A stretch of 55,637 bases of DNA, taken from NCBI GenBank assembly GCA_018398765.1, contig JAHBMJ010000130.1, positions 1 to 55,637 of the forward strand. Direction: 5' to 3'. The translations under genes were made by a program, and so were the position numbers. Shown piece after piece: positions 12,357-24,000 of the stretch (position 1 is its first letter; each line of letters begins with the position of its first letter). This DNA comes from Chromera velia (taxonomy: Eukaryota). A model generated the notes under the pieces. It had not been told where the DNA came from. It made no database searches and saw only the letters and a list, made by a program, of their open reading frames with translations.

Positions 12357-13207
12357 GCGATCCTTTTGTGATTGATTCTTTGTATACAAACAAGAAAGAA
12401 AAAAAAAAAAAGAAAAGGGGGCAAGCGCATAAAAGGAAAGGAAGAAAAGAAGGTTGAGAAAATAAGGGGCAAATTAATGGGGAGGGTCTTTTTGAAGTTG
12501 TTCTCCGCCGTCAAAGGGTAGCCTTTGCCAAGGGAACAAACTTTTAGAAAGTTTTTGCCCTGCTTCTCCCCTCTTTTCATTGTTCTCCGAGTCCTACTCT
12601 ACCGCCGCAGTAAAAGTGATCAATGAGCAGTGTTCCTAGATTCAGAACAGATGGGACGAACCGGAACCTTTTGACAGACTAGGCTAGATCTGCCCCTCAT
12701 ATACGGGGACGCGGCATATATAACAAAAACCTCAATCAACAGTTTAGTGTATGTCTCTCTAGTCCTACGTCGGGCCAGTATGCATCTTGCCTAAGCATAT
12801 ACTCACTTACTTACTTAATTGCGGTTTAGCCTAGAGTCTCCGAAACCAGAGACGAATAGCAATCCATATATGCAGTTATAAACAAAAGGAGCAAGCAGCC
12901 GCAGCTTAGCCTGCTTCCGCATAAACATGAACGACCAAGACCCTCCACAGCCTAAGCTAAAGGCTGAACAACCATACAAGACGCGCGTACAGTTATTTTA
13001 ATTCCAAACAAGCTTCGATTAATGCATTTGTTTTTTTTTTTGTTCTCATGGTCTAAGATTATCTGTAAGATAAACGAAACCAGTTCTCTGACATAGGTCT
13101 CCTCTTTCCCAATACGGTTGGCAATACCTCTTCCTCCAGCTACAGTAGTCCATCATGCTCTATAAGCCCTTTTACCGATTCTTGTTTTCTCTTTTACTCT
13201 CTCTACC

Positions 13208-13402
13208 AGCAGCTGAAGTTTGGATCGAAGCTGCTCTCTTCACAGACAGTTGATGGACTGCATTATCAATCACTTTAAATTTGTCTAGTTAAAAATTTAT
13301 ATTTTCGATTGCAGGCCAGTGAGCACAGTGTTCAGACTTTAAAGTTGGCAGTCTGTTCCTTATAGGAAAATCGAGTAAATTTTGGGGGTAGTGCACGTAG
13401 GT
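13208..13402. repeat. 195-bp direct repeat, copy 1
   Basis: Matches 15783-15977 with four transition mismatches. Confidence 0.95.
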
Positions 13403-13953
13403 GATGATGATGATGATTGAGGGTTAAATCCTAGATCTAGCGACGCCAGACCCCAAGCCACTAACAAGGCTTTGAGGACAACCCAGAACACACATTCATA
13501 CGGGGGGGGATGAGGAAGCCTGCATGCCAATCGGATCGATTCGCCTTAAAGCACACCACATCTACGGAGGCGCATGGAGACATAAGCGCTCGGTACACAC
13601 GCACACCACATTCATACATTAAATTCTGAATCAATCTGAAAAGAGAGTAAAAGCAAGGATGGATGAGAGGTGATAAGAGAAAAAACGGAGTTAATGACAG
13701 ACTCTTTCGAAGATCTACACTGGCTTACGCCGCCCGAAGGCAAAGTGGCAACTCAATCGAAGCAATCAATACCATAATTCAGTCACCAACTTGACAAGGG
13801 AAGAGGGAACCACAAAGGTTCAAGTTTATGCTCACAATATGATCAGCTGGTTTTTATGAGGAAAGAGTAAAGAGAGAAGAAAATTTGATAAAGACAAACA
13901 CCTGGTCAATCAAGTACATACACCCAAACATACATACAAACACTAAAAGCGCA

Positions 13954-15498
13954 TCACCGAAAGCCCAATCGACCCTGCGGCCATCTCACAAGGTACTCAC
14001 AGATCTTTTGATATGCTTGGAAGACCGTGCTCTCCCATGACTTGGGAGTTCCGTCTCCACCTTTGATAATCAGACGAGTCATTCGTCCTCCTGGCCCAAC
14101 GCTTACACGAGCCGTGCAGCCGTGTTGATTTGCCAGATAGTCCAGCATGGCAACTGCCGTCTCTTGCACGAGAAGCAGGGAAAGAGAAGAGCTGTCTCTT
14201 GTTAGGTTGAAAGAAGAAATGTCTTCTCCTTCAAAGGCTGGCTTCACAGGTTGGTTACACAAGAAAACTACAGAATTTTCACGACCAGCTTGCTTGCCCT
14301 TTGCCTTTTTCTTCTTTTTCTTCTTCTTCTTCTTTCTCTTCTCTGTTGCATGGCTCTTCCCCTCTAGCTCCCCCTCCTCCAGACCCTCATATTCCTTCTC
14401 TGATTCAACAATGTTTTCATCTGAGGGGGAAGCGGTGTTTGGAGGGGGACGAGCTTTGCAAGCGTCTGAGAGAGAAGGGGGGCTGGATTCTTTCGGAAGG
14501 AGGCAAGAGCCGCAAACACTAGCGCAAGCGTCTGTAAGAGACGGCGAGGTGGAGTTGTTCGGGGGGGGATGAGTGCCGTAAGCGTCTGCCGAAGCTACAG
14601 AGGCTTGTACAGAGGTGGGAGAGGCTCTTGTTTGTGGGCATGGAGGCGGCAAGGCTTGTGTAGAAGTGGGAGAGACTCCGGGGGGACCTGCTTGTAGGCA
14701 CGGAGGCGGCAAGGCTTGTGCGGAGGTGGGAGAGGCTTCTGCTTGCAGGCACGGAGGCGGGATGGCTTGCGCGGAGGTAGGAGAGGCTTCTGCTTGCAGG
14801 CACGGAGGCGGGACGGTTTGTGCGGAGGTGGGAGAAGCTTTTGCTTGCGGGTACGAAAGCGGGGTGGCTTGTACAAAGGTGGGAGAGGCTTTTGCTTGTC
14901 GGCACGGAGGCGGGGTGGCTTGTGCAGAGGTGGGGGAGGCTTTTGCTTGTGGGCACGGTGGCGGGGTGGCTTCTACAGAGGTGGGGGAGGCCTTTGTTTG
15001 CAAACATGGAAGCGGGGAGGCTAGTGCGGAGGTGCGAGAGGCTTCTACGTACGGTGGGAAAGGGCGATTGCTACCAAAGCCGCACTGTACGGTAACTTTG
15101 ACAGAGGGCTTCACTCGGGGCGGGTCATGGAGGAGAGAGACGGGAAGTGAAGCAGCTGTGTCTCGTTCTCGTTCTTCTTTCAAAATTTCCTCCCATCAAA
15201 GCCTCGAGTGCCTTTTCCCTCTTCTTACTCTTCGTTTTCGCTTCTCCCCAGTCTCTATGACGTTCTTCAGCCCATTCTGGTCCCCTTGGTCAGCATCTTT
15301 CCATGTGCAATTCTGTTCAAAAGGATAGAAACGCGATTCACATTCTGAGATTCTCTCAGCTTTAAATGCGATCTGTTGGATGCAAAACTGCAGCTGTAGG
15401 GACAGAGAAACTGCGGTCTGAGTACAGTGCGATGCCCAAAGCGATTGAAGTAGAGAAATTGCTTGGTGGGCTCCTTTAAGGAGATTCTGTGTTAACAT
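13954..15498 (-). pseudogene. About 515-codon intronless ORF with 17-aa Pro/Cys repeats, poly-Lys and a KH-like C-terminus; one internal TGA
   Basis: ORFs 15498-15196 and 15183-13954 share a frame, separated by one TGA. About eight repeats of ASPTSAQA.PPPC.QA. at ~14600-15000; KKKKKKKKKKK; C-terminal LANQHGCTARVSV..TRLIIKG..VFQAYQKICEYL. Confidence 0.6.
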
Positions 15499-15782
15499 GG
15501 AGACGGCAAACGAAAATTCAGTCTTTCATGGCCAAATCTTAACCGTTTTTTCTCACGACAAGATCAGAGAGCGTCTTTTGAGGTTCTACTGCTCATTGTC
15601 AGTGTCAAAGGGTAGGTGACATACAGTGACCCAAGTGAAATTACGATTGATTCATTGCTTGTGGCTGCATTATGCATAAGTATGTCAATCCAAAGACAGA
15701 AAGTGACTGCACGATGCATAAATGCAGAGAAAGATCGGCTTCTTGGAGCGTTTTCCCACTTGAATTCGTTGATTTTTATTCA

Positions 15783-15977
15783 AGCAGCTGAAGTTTGGAT
15801 CGAAGCTGCTCTCTTCACAGACAGTTGATGGACTGCATTATCAATTACTTTAAATTTGTCTAGTTAAAAATTTATATTTTCGATTGCAGGCCAGTGAGCA
15901 CAGTGTTCAGACTTTAAAGTTAGCAGTTTGTTCCTTATAGGAAAATCGAGCAAATTTTGGGGGTAGTGCACGTAGGT
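15783..15977. repeat. 195-bp direct repeat, copy 2
   Basis: Matches 13208-13402. Confidence 0.95.
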
Positions 15978-16209
15978 AGTCTGTTGTAATAAATCGATGT
16001 CATCAGCAGCTTTTCAACTGTGTTCTTCACAGGATGCACCACACCTCTTCCCCCCCCCCAACACATGCTCAAAGAAGAAAGGTGAAAGGAGAACTACCAA
16101 ACAAGAGAGAGCAAGGCAGAGGACATATTTGGACTGTATAACCCTACCCCATTCTGGCCGTCCCCCCTAAAAGGTACTGTCCGTCTGTTACGGTCTCCAA
16201 CTTCTTGAT

Positions 16210-16375
16210 ATAGGGGGGTGAAATACCTTTAGCATGGGGGAGGGAGGGGGGGCGTAACACACGGCTTTGCCGAGCGGCAGCACGCCTCCCCCCCGTACCA
16301 CGAAAAAAGGCTGCCACGCGGCACAGCCCCACCGGGCCGTGTAGCGCGGCAGCAAGATTTTCTCTAGTATGCGTT
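16210..16375 (-). mobile_element. Truncated terminal fragment of the MITE family at 50633-51132
   Basis: Reverse-complement match to 50972-51132, including the ATAGGGGGGT TIR. Confidence 0.85.
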
Positions 16376-16814
16376 CACTAGTGTAGCGCTAAACGTTGCT
16401 GATGAGCGTATCCATTAGTGTTGAGTTTGTTGTTGTTTGTTTGTTTGTCTACTCTCTCCGTGCCCGCGCTAAAGCTCGAAAACGATCGATCGACTCAGAT
16501 TCGACTGCCATGCGAGTCTAGGAACATATACAGTCAAAAAAAAAATTAAATGACTTGAAAATACTTATATTGAGTTTTAAAATCATTTACATAATATAGA
16601 AAAAATTAGAAAACCCTAGGGAAAACTATGTTGATACTAGAAAGAAACCGAAAGAAAAAATCTAAAATAGAATCTGAATCAACCAGCGCTTGATCGACGC
16701 AACCAATTATATGTAGAGTCCGATCCAAAATCCTCCAGACCACTAGCCAGACCACGCATGCAGTGCAATGAAACCCTCAGGCTGCACCCTTGCCAATGAA
16801 ATGGATATTTAATT

Positions 16815-18380
16815 TCATGAAAGCGCTTTCACACCAACGCTCTCAAAGCTTTTCTCTGCAACTGAATAAATCGGGAGCACACCGCGTCGTGCCGCCTTGG
16901 CGACTCGCAGCCGAGATCTCTTGAGTGCATGGCCCAAATAGGGCTCAACAGAGTAGCCCCCCACCGCTTTGAGGGACAGGTTTAATCTGTACGTCTCTTC
17001 CACACTCATCGAGCTCATTTTCTTCACCGCCTCTGCAGACAAACAAGCAAAAGCAAACCTCCCACTCCCATCCAGCCCCCCCTCAGTGACCACTCCAGGG
17101 ACCTTCCCGCCCAGCCTCCCACTGCGGCCAGCAGCTTCCAGGCCCAGCAGCTCAGCTGCGCCTGTAAGCGCGGTGGGACTCATGCCTGACGCACGCGTGA
17201 CCGAGAGAAAGTCCTTCAGTCTCGAAACGAACCGTCTTTCCTCTTCTGTGAACAGAGGAACCCCCGAGAGTCCCGCACGGAACGGTGCCGTGAAAGCGTT
17301 CGTGTCCGAGAAGTCAAACCCAAAACGGGCCCAATTAGCCGGAATACTGATTCTTTTCGGCGCCTCCTCAAGAGGAAACGGCTGGTTGCGCACTCTCTGC
17401 AGGATTGCCAAGACAACAATTTCCACAGCTGTGTGCATCTTGGACTGTTTCTGAGTGTATGAGGGGGAGACAGGCAGCATGCCACCCCTGCCATCTGCAC
17501 CTGGCGAAAAGATATGCTCCCTATTCCCTCCCTTCAGTCTTTCGTAAAGACCTTCGTTTGCTTCTTCTTCCTCTTCCTCCTCCTCTTCCTCGTCTACCCC
17601 TTCATCCTCCTCCTCCTCGTCTTCTTCCTCTCCCTCTCTCTCTTCTTTCTCTTCCTCCCCTTGTTCGTCTTCACTGTCTGTGTTTTCATCTTTGTCTCCG
17701 TCTTCCTTTCGCCTGCCTGCCGTCTCCGCAGCCTCTCCTCCTTTCCCACCCCCCATTTCCTCACGGGAGCCCCCCCACGCACCCACACTCTCCATAGCCC
17801 CCCCCTCTCTTCCCTGTCCGTCTCCACCCCCCTCTTCCTCCTCCTCCTTTTCACGACGCAGAAGGAAGCAAGGGTCAATCTGCAACGACCGCGCTTCCAG
17901 AGGGACGGGGAACGGAGACCAACCCTCCTCCCCCCCCTCCTCCTCTGCCTCTTCTTTCTCCGACAAGGAAAAAGAGGGGGAGGGTCTTCCACCTCCCCTT
18001 TTCTTCTCTTCCCTCTTCCCCCTACCCCCAAGCTCCCCTTCTTCCCTTTGCTCCACAATCGCCTGCAACGCTCGACCGGTGCCCTTCAGGTACGAGGAGG
18101 GAAACCTAGGTTGGCATGGCTCTGCGCCGAGCTCCCCTGCTGTCTGCAACGGGTCCTGCAGCTGCAGCTGCCCCCCTTCGTCGAACGATCTCATTCTTCG
18201 GGTTATCTGCAGGACCAGTTTTCGGTACGCCTCCCCCCCCCCCACGCCACCTCTGTCCACGTCCCCATACGAGAGAGGGTGCCTGCTTGCGGTGCGCAGA
18301 TGCACCAAGGAGGCCAGCAGAGACCCTGCACGCATGCACGCATGCACATGCAGACGTGGGCGTGCACCAATTCACGCACG

Positions 18381-18418
<38 letters not shown>

Positions 18419-19977
18419 CACACACACACGCACACACACATGCACACACACACGCACACACATACTCATGAGCACAGGCCGGTGAACACGAATGCGCGAG
18501 CGTCAAATTCGGGAGAGCGCCTCCCAGTCGTGTCATTGCCTTCGGATGGGTATTCCAAACAGCCAGAGGACACGCAAGAATTGTTTCGCCAAGCATCCCA
18601 GGCGCAAGCAAAAAATCTCGTTTTGATTTTGCATGGGCTTCGAGGTGCTGGCAAGCAAATCAAGGAAGCACTGGAATGGAACACACCTCCCTTCCTTTCT
18701 GCCTTCCTTCTTTCCTTTCTTGCTTTCGTTCCGATCGTTCGTTCGTTCTGTCTTTCTTCCTTCGCCCCCTTTCATTCTTCCTTGCTTCCACAAGAAAAAT
18801 CCCATCCTGCCTCTTGTGTACTTTTCACGGAGGACTTGGTCACGCAGAGAAAAGGAATACGGAAGGAAACAAGAAAGACGAGCCAAAGGAGATGGGGGGA
18901 ACTCAGAAGAGAAACAAGAAAGACGAGCCAAAGGAGACGGGAAGAAACTGAGAAGAGAAACAAGAAAGACGAGCCAAAGGAGACGGGAAGGGAAGGAGAC
19001 TCACCAAGGCCTCTCACTGCCTCTACTGGGTCTTTGAATCCGTCCTTCTCCCCCCCCACCCCCCCGTCCGGATCCGAAAGACCATTACAAAAATCAATCA
19101 AGGCTCCCTCTGCCCCTTTCGTCAACTCTCTAACTGTCTCGCCTCTGTCAGCCTCTGACACTGATGAGGATTCTTCGAGATGTCGCGCAAAGCGCGCGAA
19201 AGCAGGAAGCATTTTTGACAGATCTGCACCACTACAGGAGGCAGGGTGGCGAGAGAGGACCTGTGCACTGAGAAGGAAGAGTGGGGGCTTCAGATAGTCC
19301 AATTCGGCAAAGGCGCTAAGGAGAGAAGCGAGACAGGAGGAAACAAGGGGAATCCCTGAGGGGTTTCCTTCTTCGTCGTCGAGGGTTTCAGAGACTAGGT
19401 GAGTGACTCGATTCTCTAGTGCCACCATGAGCGCTTTGGAGAGACAGTTGAAGTGCGCATAGCTGGTGGCCACATCTACACACTCTTTCAAGGTCATTTG
19501 GTCTGCGTCTTCTACAAATCCCCTCTGCAACAGACGCATCAAGTCGGTGCTCCTGTAGTCTGCTGCGACAAGAGAAGAGAGACAGACGGAGAGTGCCTGG
19601 ACCGGGAGGACGTCTCTGTGTTCTCTGATCTGGTTGACCATTTGTTGCCAGAAGAGACGGTTGTGGCCTCGACCCCCTTTGGAGACGGCGTCTCGAATGA
19701 CTTTCGGAAGATCCCGAGCAGGAACGACGGCGGGATCGGGAAGGTCGGGTTCACTGCCGTGCAGGGGACTTATTTTCTTTGTGATGCTCCCTCGCGATAC
19801 CCGCCTGTCCTTCTTAAACCTCCACTTGACCTTCAAATAAGGATTCGGCCTCCATTCCTCTATGTGGAAGCGGTTGTAAGGCACTTCAGCAGAGTGCTGC
19901 ACAGTGCAGTAGCGGATACGTGACTGAATGTACTTGATCCTTCTGAGAAGGTCTTGGAGGGGCACGGAGGTCCTCAT
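16815..19977 (-). CDS. About 827-aa helical-repeat (HPR/OPR/FASTK-like) probable organellar RNA-binding protein with an acidic insert; exons 19977-19005 and 18325-16815
   Basis: GTGAGT donor at 19004 and TGCAG acceptor at 18326 join in frame (..RGL-G-SLLASL..). Basic N-terminus and ~37-aa helical repeats such as LPVQALSVCLSSLVAADYRSTDLMRLL and MTLKECVDVATSYAHFNCLSKALMVAL. Family call is by pattern only. Confidence 0.72.
18866..18990. repeat. Three-copy ~45-bp intronic minisatellite (GAAACAAGAAAGACGAGCCAAAGGAGA..)
   Basis: Direct reading of the sequence. Confidence 0.9.
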
Positions 19978-20229
19978 GAAAGGCGGCAGAACAGAAAGTA
20001 GACGGGAGATTCGTGCTCACGACTCCGGGAGGAGACGGCAAGATAGAGACAGAAAAAAATTCAACCCGGCCAACCACTGGTAACAGAAAATGAAAAACGC
20101 AAAGGGAGATCCAATCAAGGTAAAAGTGCACTGACTCTCCCGTCAGTACAAATGGTGTGACTCGGACAGGCAGCAAGTCATGTTGCAATAGAATAGACGT
20201 CCTCGCATCGTCCGTCGTCCTCGCCGGCG

Positions 20230-20470
20230 AGGTTATGCCGGACCCGGCCGCGCGCGCGTGGACCCGCGGGCCGGCCCCGGCGGCCATGCGCGCGAATGCG
20301 CGACAAAGTGCATGGTTGACGCACGCAATAACGTCGCAATTTCAATGTCAGTGAGGAAAAAAAAATGTTGCGAAAGTCACTCCAGGTCGAAAAATGTCGA
20401 AAAGTGTTTCAGTTTGTAAGCAAAGCTATGCAAAGCTCCTGTCAGCCTATGTCAGCCTCTATCAGCAACG
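20230..20470. promoter_or_regulatory. Putative bidirectional promoter: CG-rich box, TGCATG, TTGACGCACGC and repeated TGTCAG
   Basis: Lies between divergent starts at 19977(-) and 21003(+); a similar arrangement occurs at 35860-36050. Confidence 0.4.
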
Positions 20471-21002
20471 TTCAACTTGCTCAATTGCACAAACAGCCGG
20501 ACAGGATTATATTAATATAAAGGCAGCAGTCGCATGAATTGCACGACTGGCCTACTGCGGCCGACTCGCTCAGAAGCTTCGCTCAACTGTATCTCCCTTC
20601 AAGTCTCTGCGCAGGAGCGATTGAGTTGAAGCAGCAAGGGCACCTCGATCCGTCGATGGATTAAGCTAGTGACTGAAGGCTCATTGACATTCTACGGAGA
20701 TCTGTCTTCGTCTGTGCATTCTGATCTGCCCTTCTCGACTTCTCCGGTTGTTTTTCCGGACTGAGCTGCAGGGTGCGGAGATTGGTTGTACAGCCATCCA
20801 TCCTGTTGTTGCCTGGAGACGCGCTGAAGTGGAGTGAATTTTCTTTCTGTTGATAGACCTTCCTGCTTTTGTTTCGCAAAAGCCTCTGGTCTGTGTACAG
20901 TCAGGTACAGACAGAGGATTTCATTGCTCTGTCCTTCAGGAAGATCCGAGTAGTCGGATAATAAGGAAAGAGAAGAAGAGCGAGACCCCAAATCCGTCGA
21001 CG

Positions 21003-24000
21003 ATGTATCCCTCAACGGTCGGCCACGGAGGAGGCCAACACGCCAGTCACTATCCAGGTCAGCCACCGCACCAATAAACAAAGTGAGCCTCTGAGCCTCT
21101 CGTCCACCTCCAAGACCAGGGCATGATTCCTTTTTTGTCTATTCTACCTGACTCCTCTGCGTGTCTGGCTGGGTGGTTGCAGCTCCGCTTTCACACTCCC
21201 AGGGGGCCCTACCGCATCCCCCCCCCCCACATGGACACGCACGGCTCCCCACCTCCTACCTCCGTCCGGGCTACGGGCAGGTGACGGGAAGCAGAGACGG
21301 GGGGGCGATGGGACGGAACAGTCCCACCAACAGCGTGGCAGGATCCGTCAAGAGCCTTCAACTCAGTCAGTCAGTCAGTCAGTCGGATACATTTTTGTAC
21401 AAAATAAAACTGTATGAAAATAAATGCAAACACCAACAGCGTGGCAGGATCCGTCAAGAGCCTTCACCTCACTCAGTCAGTCAGTCAGTCGGATACAGAG
21501 CCTGCCTCTCTTGGGTTTCGCTTCCCAAAAAGACAGCACACTCACCCATGTCTTTCTGCCCGACCAATGGGTGCCTCACCGACAAGACAAACGAGTTGGT
21601 ATGGACCATCGATCGATCACGGTTTCAGTTGACCATACAGAATAAATAAATGCGCTCGGGGGGGGATACAACGGTCAATTCTTTAAATGTTGCAATTCAC
21701 TTTGCTTTTCCACTCGCACCCTTCTTCTTATCTGCGCAAATGAGTTCGTCTCCCTTAGCTTTCTCTTTACCAAAGTGTTCAGGATGCTGTCTCTGTCTTT
21801 CCATCTCTGTCTTTGTGTATACGCGTGTCTGTGTCAGTGTGTACCTAGCTGTGTATCTATCTATCTGTGCGTATTTTGCATGTGTGACTAATTGTATGAC
21901 CTTATCTCAGGTTCCTCTGGTCAACTCATGCACCCGCCGCCCTCCCCTTACGCCCAGAGTCTGTATCATCAGATGCCTCCCCACACGCAGACGGCAGCTG
22001 CGCACCCGCTCCACACACACGCTTCCGTGTACAGCCACAACCACAGCCATCCAGCGATGCCCCAATCCATAGCACTTCCACACCCCTCACACGCAATGCA
22101 CACTCACGGCCACGCAAACGAAGCCAGCCGAGCTGGTCCGATCCCGCCCCTCGCACAATCCTCCCGTCCCCCCTCGACGGCTAACCTCAGCAGCCTCAAT
22201 CTGAACTTCACTCTGCCAGACGGCCGCGTGCCCCCCCAAACAGTCACCAACACAGACGACGCACTCCTTCCAACCCAGCAGCCTAGAACCCGTCCACGTC
22301 CCCAGAGAGGTGAGACAGGCCATCCCGCTGTGGGCACTCAGACGGAGACCGACAAAGACGCCCCAAGGCGCACGGGGGTGGCCGCAGAGTCCGCGGCTCC
22401 CGGGGGGGCGACCAAAGAGACGGGGGACCCGAACTGCTCGATGGTCACTCCCAAGAAAGACAAAAAAGAGAGAATGCCGCCAGCAGGAGGCACTTTGGAG
22501 TCAGGTGGGGGTGGAGGCAAAGCAAACAAGGACAGGCAGGCAGACGAGCACCCCCTGCCCGCTCTGGCTCCCCAAGACCTGCTTGGGCTACCGCAACTCA
22601 CGGGACCACACCCGTGTGGCGGCGCGTCCTGTCTGGCCCAGAGGCCCTCTAGAGATCAGAAGAAACCGCCGTGCCCAGACGTCATGACCCCCAACATTGC
22701 GGCGTCGGGCCCTGCCGACGCCTCCTCTCGCACCCTCACCCATGTGACCGCCTCAAGCGGCCCCCCACAGGACATGGACGTGCGAACACTGAAAAAAGCT
22801 TCGGTGAGTGAGTGAGTGAGTGAGTGAAGGAATGAAGGGATGGCATTTGTCAGTGATCATCACTGGGCGGTTGGTTGGTCTCTCTCCTGTATGATGGACG
22901 CACTTGCCTTTTCTCTTGTTTTTTTTTTTTTGGTAGGGGAGCGCTGGCTTTTCTTTCTTTCGTCTGTTTCTTTCTTCTTCTTTGGGAGTGGACCAGTTGT
23001 CTTGCTGTCGTTCTTTTTTTTTTTTCGCGTCCCCTCTTGTTTTTGTTTTTGATTCTCCCTCTCTCCTTCTGTTTTTCTTTTTTGGGTCTGCCCCGCTTTA
23101 GGTTGGCATCCGGAGCCCCCCCCTTTCTCCTGCCTCTTTCTTTGCTTTGTGTGAATGCAGCCGGCACAACGCGAACAGGAGAGAAGCGAGGCAGGAAACT
23201 CAGCTTCCCGGAAGGGGGGTGGAGATCTGTCTCCGACTCAGTCAACAGCAACAGCCGGGGGGGGGGCAGGTACGAGTGCGTCTGCTTACGGAGGCATGGG
23301 GGGACTTGGAGCCTTGACTGCGACCCCTACTGCCATCAAGAAAACGCCGTTAGTCGCTCTTTCCTTCCTTCATTCCTTCCGTCCCCCTTTTTTTCTTTCG
23401 TACTTACGTCCATGCCCAAGCTCTCTGGACATCCATCACTTTATCAACCCCATTGACCGAGATCGAGAGGGTAGGTGTCTGCCTGTCTGTCTGTCTGTCT
23501 GCCTGTCTGTCTGCCTGTTCATGAAGAAAAAGAGGGAGAAGAAGAAGAAACATATAGTCTGTCTGCCTGTGTGTCTGCCTGTGTGTCTGCCTGTCTGTCT
23601 GCCTGTGTGTCTGTCTGTCTGTCTGTCTGTCTGGGGGGCCTGGCTGCTGCTACTGCTGCTGCCTCGTAAGCGAAAGGAAAAGAAAAAAACGAACACGTCC
23701 AGATGGAAAGAATGTGGAAGTGCAAAGGCGTAAGCCTGCACTGGGCAAGGAAGGGCCGCAGGGTACGCTTAAGGCCTGGAGCTCTGGTACCCTTCCACTG
23801 AGAGAGCGCGCCAAAAGAAGAAAGAAAGAAACAGAAGAGAATGAAGAAGGAGAAAAAGGAAAAGAAAAGACGATATAGTCTGTCTGTCTGCCTGTGTGTC
23901 TGTCTGTGTGTCTGCCTGTCTGTCTGCCTGTGTGCCTGTCTGTCTGTCTGTCTGTCTGTCTGCCTGCCTGTGTGTCTCTGCCCTCTAGCCCCCCCCCGCT

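Larger units (their letters stand above)
6480..12816 (+). mobile_element. Decayed CRE-clade-like non-LTR retrotransposon (RT plus restriction-like endonuclease); boundaries approximate
   Basis: RT and RLE motifs at 9367-12356, upstream ORFs with the same stop-codon decay, a hairpin-forming 3' UTR and a possible CATATA-CTCACTTACTTACTT end at 12796-12816. Confidence 0.8.
13208..15977 (-). mobile_element. Probable non-autonomous retro-element: 195-bp direct repeat - ORF - (ATC)n tail - 195-bp direct repeat
   Basis: Flanking direct repeats, a (TGA)n run at ~13402-13417 abutting the repeat, and an intronless ORF in an otherwise intron-rich region. Confidence 0.55.

Noticed and set aside
14600..15000. 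Regularly spaced repeats as a CRISPR array
   Set aside because: These are 51-bp in-frame coding repeats without unique spacers, in eukaryotic DNA with no cas genes.
13208..15977. Canonical LTR retrotransposon
   Set aside because: No TG..CA termini, no clear PBS/PPT, no 4-6-bp TSD and no pol; an (ATC)n tail abuts the repeat.
16376..16385. CACTA transposon terminus
   Set aside because: No matching inverted end or 3-bp TSD nearby.
16395..16485. CTGATGA..GAAA as a hammerhead ribozyme
   Set aside because: Stem II pairs for only one base in the required register and stems I and III are not evident.
17514..19297. Long + strand ORFs (323, 263 and 393 aa)
   Set aside because: Antisense shadows of the - strand gene that run through intronic microsatellites.
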